This document shows, piece after piece, positions 1 to 10,272 of a stretch of 49,172 bases of DNA. Origin of the DNA: an uncultured Deinococcaceae bacterium. Its GTDB lineage: Bacteria; Deinococcota; Deinococci; Deinococcales; Deinococcaceae. A program made the translations under genes and the position numbers. The notes under the pieces were generated by a model. The model saw only the letters and a program-made list of their open reading frames with translations. It had not been told where the DNA came from and ran no database searches. Numbering within the stretch: position 1 is the stretch's first letter; every line of letters begins with the position of its first letter. Location of the stretch: NCBI GenBank assembly GCA_964252075.1, contig CAXULY010000042.1:1-49172 (forward strand). Reading direction: 5' to 3'.

Positions 1-264
1 GGCGTCATGGATGGGCGTAGGGTCCGTGCGGGCGCCGTCCTGCCACAGGCTGTGCCCGCCCGCCGCGTCACCCTGGGCGAGGACCCGCTGCAGGTCGTCG
101 TCGTGCACCAGCAGCACGGCACCACCCAGGGCGCCGCTGGACGACATCGCTGCACTCAGGATGAGGCGCAGGATGTCGGCTTGGGTGCGGGCGGCGGCGA
201 GGCGTTCGGTGACCGCTTGCAGGCCGTCACTCAGCGCGAGGTGCGCTGCGCGCGGTTCTGACAT
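1..264 (-). CDS. GAF-domain sensor protein, N-terminal part (runs off window start; not in ORF track)
   Basis: Hand translation from ATG at 264 gives MSEPRAAHLALSDGLQAVTERLAAARTQADILRLILSAAMSSSGALGGAVLLVHDDDLQRVLAQG..., open to position 1. This resembles Deinococcus GAF sensor N-termini. A leaderless TATGCT-N6-ATG lies at 276-271. Confidence 0.7.
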   Translation of the reverse strand, partial: MSEPRAAHLALSDGLQAVTERLAAARTQADILRLILSAAMSSSGALGGAVLLVHDDDLQRVLAQGDAAGGHSLWQDGARTDPTPIHDA

Positions 265-694
265 GCGCACAGCATATCGCGCATGGACCCACGTGCCCAT
301 GGTGAGACGAAAGACCACTTCGCTCATTCCTGGTGAGTGGCGCCGGGAAGCCCTGCTCGGCAAGGCGGCCATTCAGGCCGCGCTCGCGGACGGCGGCCAG
401 CCAGTCGTCCAGGTCCGGGGCGAGGGTCAGGTCCCCCGCGCCGTTCCCTTGCACGAGTGCCGCGCCCGTGGCGTGGCGCAGGTGGCGCAGCACCTGCGTG
501 AGATTGTTGCGGGCCGCGCGCTCTGGCGAGTTTGACCACAGCAGCCCCGCCACGCGGGATCTCGGCGCCGGTCCTTCCAGCGCGAGGTACGCGAGGAGCG
601 CCGCGGCCTTGCGCTCCAGGGGCAGTCGCCGCCCATCCGGCGCTTCCAGCGAGCCGCGACCCGAGAGGTTCAGGCGCCACGACGCAACGTACAT
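227..694 (-). pseudogene. truncated SARP/AfsR-type transcriptional activator (winged-helix part only)
   Basis: WRLNLSGRGSLEAPDGRRLPLERKAAALLAYLALEGPAPRSRVAGLLW...AARNNLTQVLRHLR is the SARP N-terminal wHTH pattern. No BTAD or ATPase domain follows, and the tail overlaps the next gene's start. Confidence 0.6.
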
Positions 695-854
695 GGGACA
701 GCCGAACAAAGGCCGTGCGCGCCGTTCAGCGGCGCGGGCACCACCGGACGGGAAACCAGAGCGCGGCTGGAGCCCGTCCACCTGCCCGCACAAACGTCAG
801 TCGAGGCGACCCCCGCTGCACCCCTTTGATCCGCTGGGCGTGCGCGGTTTCCCC

Positions 855-1775
855 TCAGTGGGCGGGCAGGTCCGCGACGCGCGGCCCCTCGGCCGTCCAG
901 GTGAGGGGGGCGATGAACATGCGCCGCGCCGTCATGCCCGGGTCCCAGGCGTGAAAGACCATGTGGTCCTGGCCGTCCGGGCCGCGCACCACGCTGTTGT
1001 GCCCGGGCCCGATCAGCGCGCCGGGCACCGTCCGCAGGACCGCCGGGCCTGGCACAGGCTCCGTCCAGGGGCCCAGCGGGTGGTCCGCGACCGCGCACCC
1101 CACGCCGTACGAGTCGTTCTCGTAGGACCCCCCGGAGTACAGGCACCAGTACCGCCCGTGCCGCCGCAGCACGCACGGGCCCTCCAGCGTGTGCCAGTCG
1201 CGGACCTCGCCGTACATGAGGCGGCCGCGCTGGAACACCTGCCAGTCCCCGCTGGCGCGCAGCACCGACCGCGGGGCGCCGCGCAGGCGCGTCATGCCGT
1301 CCAGCGCGCTCACCGCGAGGGCGCTCCCCACCCGCTCGCCGTCCAGGTAGTCGCGCACGTGGTAGAGGTACCACTGCCCGTCGTCGTCCCGGAAGGGGTC
1401 GGGGTCGATGGTGAAGGGCGCCTCCGGGTCGAGCAGGACGCCCGAGTCTTGGAAGGGTCCGGCAGGGTGGTCCGCGACCGCGACGCGCAACTGCTGGTCG
1501 AGGTCCCGCGCGCCCGCGGAGTAGTACATGTAGAAGCGCCCGTCACTGTAGGCCACCTCCGGCGCCCAGTACTGCTGGATCGGGTGGGGAAGGGGCCAGA
1601 GGGCGTGACCGACGGAGCGCCAGGCGCGCAGGTCGTCACTCACGAGGACCTCAAAGGCCCGGCCGTCCGGCGCGAGCGGCCCGGTGCCGTACGCGTAGTA
1701 CGTGCCCTCGTGCAGCAGCACGAAGGGGTCCGCGAAGGGACCGGGGTGGGCGGGGGTGAAGGTGGGCGTGGGCAT
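855..1775 (-). CDS. glycoside hydrolase family 43 (beta-xylosidase/arabinofuranosidase-like)
   Basis: Motifs FADPF, WAPEV, IDPDPF, LEGP and GPGHNS; no signal peptide. Confidence 0.9.
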   Translation of the reverse strand: MPTPTFTPAHPGPFADPFVLLHEGTYYAYGTGPLAPDGRAFEVLVSDDLRAWRSVGHALWPLPHPIQQYWAPEVAYSDGRFYMYYSAGARDLDQQLRVAVADHPAGPFQDSGVLLDPEAPFTIDPDPFRDDDGQWYLYHVRDYLDGERVGSALAVSALDGMTRLRGAPRSVLRASGDWQVFQRGRLMYGEVRDWHTLEGPCVLRRHGRYWCLYSGGSYENDSYGVGCAVADHPLGPWTEPVPGPAVLRTVPGALIGPGHNSVVRGPDGQDHMVFHAWDPGMTARRMFIAPLTWTAEGPRVADLPAH

Positions 1776-2050
1776 GGTGCACCTCGGGAAAGGGGTGAGG
1801 GACGGTGACGGGCGGAACGCCGCCTGTATACCACCCTTCGGACGCACCGGGCATTCATGCGGGTGTTTCGGTTCGGGCGTGCGGCCGGGCCGTGGGCGTG
1901 TAAGACGGCGGTGATGCCGCGCGTGCTGGAATGCGGCCAGCCTCAATTCAGTTCCGACGCCTCACCCACCATGAACCCACTGACGTCCACTTTCCCCCTC
2001 ATGATTTCGTTCGGCCGCGCGGCTCCGCGCGGGGCGAGCGCGGGGCGGCG

Positions 2051-3956
2051 ATGAAGGCCCGCCGCGCCGAGACGCCCGTCCACCTCGCGGAACTGCCGTG
2101 GTCGGCGCTGACCGTGACGGTGCTGGTGGGCCTCGCGACCATTGGTCACCTCGGGAGCGCCGGGTGGCTCCTGACGGTGCCGCTGGTGTGCCTGGCCGCG
2201 CACCTGTGGCCGCACCTCACGCTCGTCGCGCCGCTGGCCGGGCTGGCGCTCAGCGCCGCGCTGTTCACGCTGGCGGCGCTGATCGGTGCGCCGGGCGTGC
2301 CGCTCGTCGCGACGGGCGCGGTGTACCTGGCGGTCGCGTACAGCGCGGTGCTGCTGAACGTCCCGCGGCGCGCGCTGGAGCGGCAGCTGGCGGACACCGA
2401 GCGGCGCGCGGCGGAGGACCAGCAGGCCCTGCAGGTCATGGCGCGCCTCGCGCAGCTTTCCGCGCGCAGCGACCTGAACCTCACGCAGGCGGCCTCGTGC
2501 GCGCTGCAGCTGCTGCACCCGGTGGTGCCGCTGGGCGGCGCCGCGCTGCTGCGCGCGCCGCACGAAGCGGTGCTGGGCGAGGACGTCCTGCTGGGCGGCA
2601 CGCCGGACCTCCCGGTGCCCGCGGGGTGGTGGCTCGGGCCGGAGGCGCACACCGCGACCTTCCGCGATCACACCGCCTGCGACACCCCGCACGCGCTCGC
2701 GCTGCTGCCGCTGGCGGGCGGTGAGGCGCCGGTGGTCCTGCTGGCCGTCCGTGGCGGCCACGCGCCCCGCTGGAGCGTGCAGGACCGGCAGCTGCTCACG
2801 GCCGCGGCGCGCGCGGCGAGCGGAGCGGCAGGCGCAGCAGGCGGCGCTGGAGGTCCTCGCGCACCGCGACGCCCTCACCGGCTGCCTGAACCGCCACGCC
2901 TTCACGCGCGCCATGGACGCCCTGGACGCCACGCCGCCCGCGCGGCCGTACGGAATCGCACTGCTGGACCTGGACGGCTTCAAGGCGCTGAACGATCACT
3001 CCGGGCACGCGCGCGGCGATGAGGTGCTCGTGCGTTTCGCGCACGCCATCACCCGCGTGTGCTTCGAGCGTGACGCGGTGTTCCGCCTGGGCGGCGATGA
3101 GTTCGCGGTGCTCCTGCATGACATGGCGCCGGGCGGACCGCACCGCCTGCTGGAACGCGTGGAGGCCCTCGTGCCGCTGCTGGAGCTGCTGCCGGGCGAG
3201 CAGCTGGGCGTGAGCGTCGGCGTGGCGCACGCCCGCGAGGCGGCGGGCGGGCGCGCGGTGCTGGCCCTCGCGGACCGCCGCATGTACGACGTGAAGCGCC
3301 GCCGCGCGCAGCACGCCGCGCCGGGCGGCCGCCCCCCGCAGGAGGGCGAGGCGGCGCGCGCGGAGGCGCTGCTGATGCTGAGCGTCGCGCTGGAAGCGCG
3401 GGACGCCGAGACGCACGGGCACTCCCAGCGCGTCATCGCGTGGGCGGACGCGCTCGGCGCGCAACTGCAGCTGGACGACGACGCGCGCCTCGCGCTGCGG
3501 GAGGGCGCGGCGCTGCACGACATCGGGAAACTGGTGGTGCCCGACCGCGTGCTGCTGAAGCCCGGCCGCCTGACCGATGAGGAGTGGGTGCTGATGCGCG
3601 CGCACGCGAGCGCCGGGCATGACCTCGCGGCGCGCATTCCCTTCCTGAGCGCTGCGGCGCTTGAGGTCGTGCGGCACCATCACGAGCGGTGGGACGGCGC
3701 GGGCTACCCGGACGGCCTCGCGGGGGACGCCATTCCGCTGCTCGCGCGGATCTTCACGGTGGTGGACGTGTTCGACGCGCTGACCAGCCGCCGCCCGTAC
3801 CGCGAGGCGTGGCCGCGCGACCGGGCGCTCGCGGAGCTGCAGGCGCAGTCCGGCCGGCAGTTCGACCCGGAGGTGGTGCGCGCCTTCATGACCCTGTGGG
3901 GCGTCGAGGAACCCGCGCTGGTGGGCGCCGCGCCCCCCTCCAGCCGGGCGGACTGA
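2051..3956 (+). pseudogene. membrane GAF-like/GGDEF/HD-GYP protein split by a frameshift near 2820
   Basis: Frame 1 carries TM helices and a GAF-like region ending DRQLLTAAARAAS. Frame 2 continues ERQAQQAALEVLAHRDALTG, LDLDGFK, RLGGDEF, LHDIGK, HHERWDGAGYP. Confidence 0.8.
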
Positions 3957-4181
3957 GCGCGCCCGAGTGACCGTCGGAGGCTGATGTCCGCCCGTCCCAC
4001 GCACGGGTGGTGGCCCTCCAGCCGGTGCCCTGACGCCTGCCCGTCTGGTCATGCACGGCACCCACGCGTTCCCTGCATCCGACGAGGGGTGAGGCACGGC
4101 GCGCCACTTCAGGTCGGTCGTCCCACAGCGCCCACCACCGCGATATGGACATCCGTTCCGGCGCTGCGCAGACTGGAAGCG

Positions 4182-5126
4182 ATGTCACGCCCAACCGCGT
4201 CCACGGCCGGCCTCATCCCGAAGACCGACCTGCAGGGCGGGGCGCGCCTGTTCGTCGCGTCGTACCTCGTCCGCAGGACCGAACTGGACCGCGTGTGGCG
4301 CATCGGCTTTCACGCCTTGCTGTGGCTCAGCGGCGGGCACGCCACCCTCGTGTGCGACGGTGAACTGTTCGAGCTGCGCGCGCCCGCGCTCATCTGTCTC
4401 TCGCCCGGGCAGGTGTACCGCTGGAGCGCCGCGGACGACGCCACCCGCGCGACGCTCCTGGGCTTCGAGGCGGACCTCTTCACCGCGGGCCGCGCGCACG
4501 GCGGCCTCCTGGACGTGCAGCTCCTGCACGACCTGCCGCACTTCCGGCCCGACGGCACGGTGGTGCTGGCGGTCGGTGGGCACGCCGGGCGCTTCGGGCA
4601 CCTGTTCGACCTGTGCCGGCAGCGGTACCGTGAGCTCAGCGAGCCGCACAGCGGCGGGTCGTGGCGGGTGCTGCCCAGGGACCGTGAGGGCGTGCTGCTC
4701 GCGTACCTGCACGTCATCCTGGCGGAGGCCGCGACCCTCGCGCCCGCGCCCGCGCCGCCCAGTCCCGCCGCGGGCAGTGACCTGCGCCTCGCCCGCCTGT
4801 TCCGCCTGCAGGCGGGGCAGCGCGTGCTGGAGCGGCTCCCCGTCGCCGCGTATGCCGCGCTGCTGCACGTCACGCCGGACCACCTGACGCGCGCGGTGCG
4901 GCGCTCCACCGGCCAGACGCCCAGCGCGTGGCTGCAGGAGCAGCTCCTGACCGAGGCGCGGCGCCGCCTCGCCCTCACCGACCAGCCAGTCGAGCAGGTG
5001 GCCGAGGCGCTGCACTTCGCTTCTGCCTCACAGTTCAGCCGGTGGGTGCGCGTCCAGACGGGCCACAGCCCCCGCCAGCTCCGCCAGCAGGGCCGCGGAA
5101 AATCAACGGTTCTGAGCGGGAATTGA
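4182..5126 (+). CDS. AraC family transcriptional regulator
   Basis: Cupin-like N-terminus; C-terminal double HTH (YAALLHVTPDHLTRAVRRSTG...VAEALHFASASQFSRW). Confidence 0.9.
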   Translation: MSRPTASTAGLIPKTDLQGGARLFVASYLVRRTELDRVWRIGFHALLWLSGGHATLVCDGELFELRAPALICLSPGQVYRWSAADDATRATLLGFEADLFTAGRAHGGLLDVQLLHDLPHFRPDGTVVLAVGGHAGRFGHLFDLCRQRYRELSEPHSGGSWRVLPRDREGVLLAYLHVILAEAATLAPAPAPPSPAAGSDLRLARLFRLQAGQRVLERLPVAAYAALLHVTPDHLTRAVRRSTGQTPSAWLQEQLLTEARRRLALTDQPVEQVAEALHFASASQFSRWVRVQTGHSPRQLRQQGRGKSTVLSGN

Positions 5127-5157
5127 CCTGTCCGCCGGACCGCGGGCGAACTACAGT
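5095..5157 (+). promoter_or_regulatory. putative AraC direct-repeat site and promoter of the downstream oxidoreductase
   Basis: GCGGAAAATCAAC (5095-5107) and GCGGGAATTGACC (5116-5128) have a 21-bp period; TACAGT lies at 5152-5157. Confidence 0.45.
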
Positions 5158-5213
5158 CGAAGGCATCAGGCGCTCCGGTTCATTCACCCGGAGCCCTCAC
5201 AGGGAGGTTCCTT

Positions 5214-6137
5214 ATGCCACACGCGGTCCGGCTCCACGAATACGGTGACGTCAATGTGCTGAAGGTTGAGGAGGTGCCCCGTCCAACCCCGGCGGCCGGC
5301 CAGGTGCTCGTGCGGGTGAAGGCCGCCGGCATCAACCCCGGCGAGGCGTCCATCCGCAAGGGCGTGTTCAAGGACACCTGGCCGTCCACCTTTCCCTCCG
5401 GGCAGGGCAGCGACTTCGCGGGCGTGATCGAGGCGGTGGGCGAGGGCGTGACCGGCACGCAGCCGGGCGCGGCGGTGATCGGCTTTACGCACGACCGCGC
5501 CAGTCAGGCGGAGTTCGTGGTGGTGCCGGACGCGCAGGTCACGCCCAAACCCGCAAAGGTGCCGTGGGAGGTCGCGGGCGCGCTGTTCGTGGCGGGCACG
5601 ACCGCCCACGCCGCCGTGCAGGCCGTGGGCCTGCAGGCGGGTGACACGGTGGTGGTGTCCGGCGCGAGCGGCGGCGTGGGGACGATCGCCGTGCAGCTCG
5701 CGCGCCTCCGGGGCGCGCGGGTGCTGGGCATCGCCAGCCCCGCGCGGGCGGCGTGGCTCACCGAGCACGGCGTGGAACTGTTGCCGTACGGGGACGACCT
5801 TCAGGCGCGCCTGCGCGCCGCCGGGCCCATTGACGCGTTCATCGACACCTTCGGTCAGGGGTACGTGCAGCTCGCGGTGGACCTGGGCGTCACGCCGCAG
5901 CGCATCAACACCATCATCGACTTCGGCGCGGTCGAGCGGTACGGCGTGAAGGCCGACGGCAACGCCGCGGGCGGCCGCGCTGAGGTGCTGGCGGAACTCG
6001 CCGCGCTGATCGCCGATGGGCAGCTGGAGGTGCCCATCGCCCGCACGTACCCGCTCGATCAGGTGCAGGCGGCGTACCGCGAGCTGGAGGACCGCCACAC
6101 GCTCGGCAAGATCGTGCTCATCCCCGGGGAGCGGTGA
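5214..6137 (+). CDS. NADP-dependent quinone oxidoreductase (MDR/zeta-crystallin family)
   Basis: VLVRVKAAGINP, GSDFAGVI, GASGGVG and GKIVL; Zn-ligand cysteines absent. Confidence 0.9.
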   Translation: MPHAVRLHEYGDVNVLKVEEVPRPTPAAGQVLVRVKAAGINPGEASIRKGVFKDTWPSTFPSGQGSDFAGVIEAVGEGVTGTQPGAAVIGFTHDRASQAEFVVVPDAQVTPKPAKVPWEVAGALFVAGTTAHAAVQAVGLQAGDTVVVSGASGGVGTIAVQLARLRGARVLGIASPARAAWLTEHGVELLPYGDDLQARLRAAGPIDAFIDTFGQGYVQLAVDLGVTPQRINTIIDFGAVERYGVKADGNAAGGRAEVLAELAALIADGQLEVPIARTYPLDQVQAAYRELEDRHTLGKIVLIPGER

Positions 6138-6664
6138 AGGTGAGCGGCGCGTCCCTCCTCCCCCCGGACGACCTGAGCCGCGCGCTCACGGTGGCCCGCC
6201 CCGACACCGACGGGTCGCTCCCGCACCTCGCCGTGGTGGGCGACACGTACACCATCTTGCTGAGCGGGCAGCAGACGACGGGCCGCTTCACCCTCATTGA
6301 CATGCTGATTCCGCCGGGCGGCGGGCCGCCCCTGCACCGCCATGACTTCGAGGAGGTGTTCACGCTGCTGGAAGGGGAGATCGAACTGACCTTCAGGGGC
6401 GAGGTGCTGACCGCCCGGGCGGGCGAGACAGTCCACATTCCCGCCAACGCACCGCACCGATTCCGGAACGCCTCGGCGCGCCCCGCGCGTCTGCTGTGCC
6501 TGTGCAGCCCCGCCGGGCAGGAGGCGTACTTCGCGCAGATCGGGGTGCCCGTGCCCAGCCGCACCTCACCCGCTCCGGAGCTGAGCGCCGGGCAGCAGGC
6601 GGAACTCCTGCGCAAGGCGCTGGCACTGGCGGCCACCTACCGCTCCGAGTTCGTGACCCCGTAA
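6134..6664 (+). CDS. cupin domain protein
   Basis: PPGGGPPLHRHDFEE...HIPANAPHRFRN cupin motifs; GTGA overlap with the upstream gene. Confidence 0.88.
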   Translation: MKVSGASLLPPDDLSRALTVARPDTDGSLPHLAVVGDTYTILLSGQQTTGRFTLIDMLIPPGGGPPLHRHDFEEVFTLLEGEIELTFRGEVLTARAGETVHIPANAPHRFRNASARPARLLCLCSPAGQEAYFAQIGVPVPSRTSPAPELSAGQQAELLRKALALAATYRSEFVTP

Positions 6665-6665
6665 C

Positions 6666-6712
6666 GGCACCGGGAACGGCGGGCGTCCCCGGCGCGCCCC
6701 GTTCCCGGTGCC
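6666..6712 (+). terminator. GC hairpin after cupin gene
   Basis: GGCACCGGGAACGG ... CCGTTCCCGGTGCC; no U-tract. Confidence 0.5.
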
Positions 6713-6885
6713 CGGCACGGGATGACCCCGCTCCTCGACCGACGAGCGCCGAACCGACATGGCGCGCAGATGCCGGGGCGGTCCGGGAAGCGCCTGTGGA
6801 TGGGCGAACGCGTGCACCGCCACGCCCTCACCGCTGAGGACGGCGGTCTTGAACATGTGCGTCTGCTGCCGCTCGCCCGACCCGC

Positions 6886-7650
6886 TCAGCCCTCTCGACG
6901 GGGTGCTGCCACCTCCACCTCCAGGTACACGGCGACCTTGAGGGCGGGGTCGTCGTTGGATTGAAAGGTCGTGTACTCGTACCAACGCGGCCCGCGCAGC
7001 GGGTGGTGCAGGCACTTGCGCCCGGATGCCGTCGCTCGAATGTCGTGCGCCGCCCACCACGCCGCGAAGGGCGCGCTGCGTGACCGCAGGTGCGCTGTGA
7101 GCGCGAGGAACGCCGGGTCGCTCGCCGACAGGTCGTGCGTGGCGCGGAACTGCGCAATCATGCGCCGCGCCTCGTCCGTCTAGGCGTCCCCGAACAGCCG
7201 TTGCGCGTCCGGGTTGAGGAACATGTACGTGAGGATGTTGCGCTCGCCGTCCGGGAAGCGGTGAACGCCGAACAGCTCGGCCGCCGCGGCGTTGACGGTC
7301 AGCAGGTCCCAGCGCCGCCCCGTGACGTACGCGGGTTGCGTCAGCTGATGGACGAGCCGCGAGACGCCCTCCGGCACCTGCGCGGGCGTGAAGGGGCGGG
7401 GTGTGGGAACGCGCGCGAGGGCACTCAGGTGCTGGTGTTCCGTCCAGCTGAGGCGCAGGACGCGCGCGAGGGCGTCCACCGTCTCCTGCGATGGGCCGCC
7501 GTCGCGCCCCTGTTCCAGCCGCACGTACCAGTCCACGCCGATGCCGGCGAGTTCCGCCACCTCCTCACGGCGCAGGCCCGGCGTGCGTCGCCGCCGACGG
7601 GCGAGCAGATCGTCCGCCTCGGGGCGCAGCTCCTCCCGGCGGGACCTCAG
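6886..7650 (-). pseudogene. MmyB-family XRE regulator, 5'-truncated with an internal TAG
   Basis: Reads LRSRREELRP...RRRTPGLRREEVAELAGIGVDWYVRLEQGR. The in-frame TAG at 7182-7180 (LFGDA*TDEARRMIAQFR) falls at a probable Trp position. There is no start codon upstream of 7650. Confidence 0.85.
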
Positions 7651-8147
7651 GCGGGTGCGTGATCGCGCCGGGCCGCAACAGCGCGGTGCTGGCGGACCTC
7701 GAACGGCGCTTCGGCCCCCGCGTGCGCACGGTGCGGCTCACCGGGGAGGCGGACGCGGACCGCGAGCGGATGCGGCGGGCGGCGCCCGGGCCGGTGGACT
7801 GCGTGCTGGACCTGCTGCCGCCCACCGCTCCAGCGACCGCGGTGCGCGCCGCCGCCCTGACCGTCCGGGAGGGCGGCCGGGTCGTCCTGATGGGCGGCGT
7901 GGGCATGCTGGGCGGCGAGCCGCTGAGCCTCCCGTACCCCTGGATCATGCGCAACAACATTCACGTCATCGGCTCGTGGATAGACCCGCGGACCGCCGGC
8001 GCCCAACTCGCCGCGCTGGTCCACGCGGGGCTGCTGCGCCTAGAGGAATTCGAGGTGACGCCCTTCGCGCTGGACGCGGCGAACGAAGCGGTGCGGCACG
8101 CCGCGTGGCACGGCGGTCCCTTCCGCATGACGGTGCTCGAACCCTGA
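7650..8147 (+). pseudogene. C-terminal fragment of a zinc-type alcohol dehydrogenase (MDR)
   Basis: CVIAPGRN...VDCVLDLLPP...GGRVVLMGGVG...LPYPWIMRNNI; the GroES domain and Rossmann GxG motif are missing. Confidence 0.75.
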
Positions 8148-8173
8148 CGGGCAGCCCTGGTGCGGCTGCCCGT
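8147..8173 (+). terminator. hairpin
   Basis: ACGGGCAGCC-N7-GGCTGCCCGT directly after the stop codon. Confidence 0.55.
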
Positions 8174-8592
8174 TCATAAGAACGCTTCATGTGCTTTGCT
8201 CAACGGGTGATTCTTCTCACCGCGGACCGCTCGCTACAGCAGGGTGAGGGAGGTTGCAGGGGTCGGACCGCCCTCGCATCAAGGGAAGGTCTGCACGCCC
8301 GTCCAGAAGCCGTATGAATCAGTCCCATCCCCCTGTGCCCTTGGTGTGGGTGGGTGACCACGCCCACCGCGTGTCCGTGGTGCTGTCGTCACGGGCACCC
8401 CTGCGGCCACCGCATGGAGCGGAACTGTGAATCACGGTGGCGGGATTACAGGGACGCCCCGGTCGGGCACACGGGCTCCAAACCGGTGGACCGCTCCACA
8501 AATCGAACCACAGCGGCCCCAGCCGAGCTGTCAGCACCTGATTCGGCGGACCCTGAGCGTGGTGGTCAGGTCGGAACGGCTTGCCTTCCGCG

Positions 8593-9399
8593 TCACGTCT
8601 CGGGGTCCGGGTGGGTGGGTTCTTCCCCTGATGCCTGGGGGAGCAGCACGGTGTTCGTCCAGCCTCCGTCCAGCATCAGGGTGTGTCCGTTGACCATCGC
8701 GGCCTGCGGAGAGGCGAGGAACAGCACCGCGTCCGCCACGTCCTGCGGCTGACCGACGCGGCCCGTGGGGATGACGGCGCTCCAGTGCGCGTCGTACTGC
8801 GGGTCATCCGTGCGGTTGCGGGTGTTGCTGGTGGCGCCGATCCCCAGGGCGTTCACGGTGATGCCGTGACGGCCGAGCTCCCCGCCGAGCGTGCGCGCCA
8901 TGTGCTGCAGGGCGGCTTTGGTGACGCCGTACGCCGAGAAGCCCGGGAGGGCCTGCGTTCCCGTGACGGAGCTGGAGAAGATGATGCGTCCGCCGCGCCC
9001 GCGCGGCATCATGGCGCGCGCGGCGGCCTGCGCGCCGAAGAAGGACCCCTTGAGGTTCAGGTTCACCACGGCGTCCCACGCGGCCTCCCCGAGGTGCAGG
9101 AACGGCGCGTGGTGCGTGAGGCCCGCGTTTGCGACGAAGACGTCCAGCTGACCCCAGCGGTCCAGCGCCTCCTGAACCAGCCGCGCGTTCTCGTCCACCC
9201 GCGTGAGGTCCGCCTGGACGAGGTGCGCGTGCCCGCCCGCCGCGAGAATCCGTTCGCGCGCGTCCAGCGCGAACCCCGGCTCGGCGTGGTACGTCAGCAG
9301 CACCCGCGCGCCCGCGAGGCCCAGGGCGGTGGCGATGCCCGCGCCGATCTCCGCGCTGGCGCCCGTCACGATCGCCACGTGACCGTCGAAGGGCGGCAC
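8593..9399 (-). CDS. SDR oxidoreductase (sugar dehydrogenase-like)
   Basis: TGASAEIG, ANAG, YGVTK and LDGG; last gene of the operon. Confidence 0.88.
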   Translation of the reverse strand: MPPFDGHVAIVTGASAEIGAGIATALGLAGARVLLTYHAEPGFALDARERILAAGGHAHLVQADLTRVDENARLVQEALDRWGQLDVFVANAGLTHHAPFLHLGEAAWDAVVNLNLKGSFFGAQAAARAMMPRGRGGRIIFSSSVTGTQALPGFSAYGVTKAALQHMARTLGGELGRHGITVNALGIGATSNTRNRTDDPQYDAHWSAVIPTGRVGQPQDVADAVLFLASPQAAMVNGHTLMLDGGWTNTVLLPQASGEEPTHPDPET

Positions 9400-9402
9400 G
9401 CC

Positions 9403-10251
9403 TCAGGCCTCCGCCACGACCGCCTGGACCTGCTCGCCCAGGCCGTCGATGCCCAGCCGCATGCGCTGCCCCGCGCGGAGGTACACGGGCGTGGGGCGCT
9501 GCCCCATGCCGACGCCAGCGGGCGTGCCGGTGCTGATCACGTCCCCGGGGTGAAGGCTCATGAAGCGGCTGACGTAACTGATGAGCTCCGCCACCCCGAA
9601 GATCATGTCGGCGGTCGTGCCGTCCTGGTGGCGGCGCCCGTCCACCTCCAGCCACAGGCGCAGGTTCTGCGGGTCGGGCACCTCATCGCGCGTGACGAGG
9701 TGCGGCCCGATCGGGCCGAAGGTGTCGCAGCCCTTGCCCTTGTCCCACGTGCCGCCGCGCTCCATCTGGTACTCGCGCTCGCTGAGGTCGTTGATGACGC
9801 AGTAACCCGCGACGCACCCGAGCGCCTCCTGCGGCGTGACGTACTTCGCGTGACGGCCGATCACGACGCCCAGCTCCACCTCCCAGTCCGTTTTGACGGA
9901 CCCGCGCGGGAGGACCACCGGGTCGTTCGGGCCCTGGATGGCGCTGGTCGCCTTCAGGAACACGATGGGTTCGCCTGGGGGCGTCGCGCCGGTCTCGCGC
10001 GCGTGATCGCGGTAATTGAGGCCAATGCAGATGAACTTCCCGACGTGCGCGACGCACGCGCCCAGCCGCGCGCCTTCGGGCGCGAGGGGCAGGGCGTCCA
10101 CGTCGAGGGCACTCAGCTGCGCGAGGCGCTCGTCGCTCAGGTTGGGGCCGTCCAGGTCACGCACTTCGCCGCTGAGGTCCCGCACGCGGCCCTGGGCGTC
10201 GAGGATACCGGGGCGTTCCTGGCCGGGCTCACCGAATCGGAGGAGTTTCAT
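9403..10251 (-). CDS. fumarylacetoacetate hydrolase family protein (2,4-diketo acid hydrolase-like)
   Basis: MKLLRFG, CIGLNY, DWEVELG, NDLSER, WDKGKGCDTFGP and TGTPAGVG. Confidence 0.92.
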   Translation of the reverse strand: MKLLRFGEPGQERPGILDAQGRVRDLSGEVRDLDGPNLSDERLAQLSALDVDALPLAPEGARLGACVAHVGKFICIGLNYRDHARETGATPPGEPIVFLKATSAIQGPNDPVVLPRGSVKTDWEVELGVVIGRHAKYVTPQEALGCVAGYCVINDLSEREYQMERGGTWDKGKGCDTFGPIGPHLVTRDEVPDPQNLRLWLEVDGRRHQDGTTADMIFGVAELISYVSRFMSLHPGDVISTGTPAGVGMGQRPTPVYLRAGQRMRLGIDGLGEQVQAVVAEA

Positions 10252-10272
10252 GTCGCTGGTGTCCTTTGCGGG

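Noticed and set aside
6722..6964. Small ORFs between the cupin gene and the MmyB pseudogene
   Set aside because: There are no motifs or start signals, and the overlapping frames conflict.
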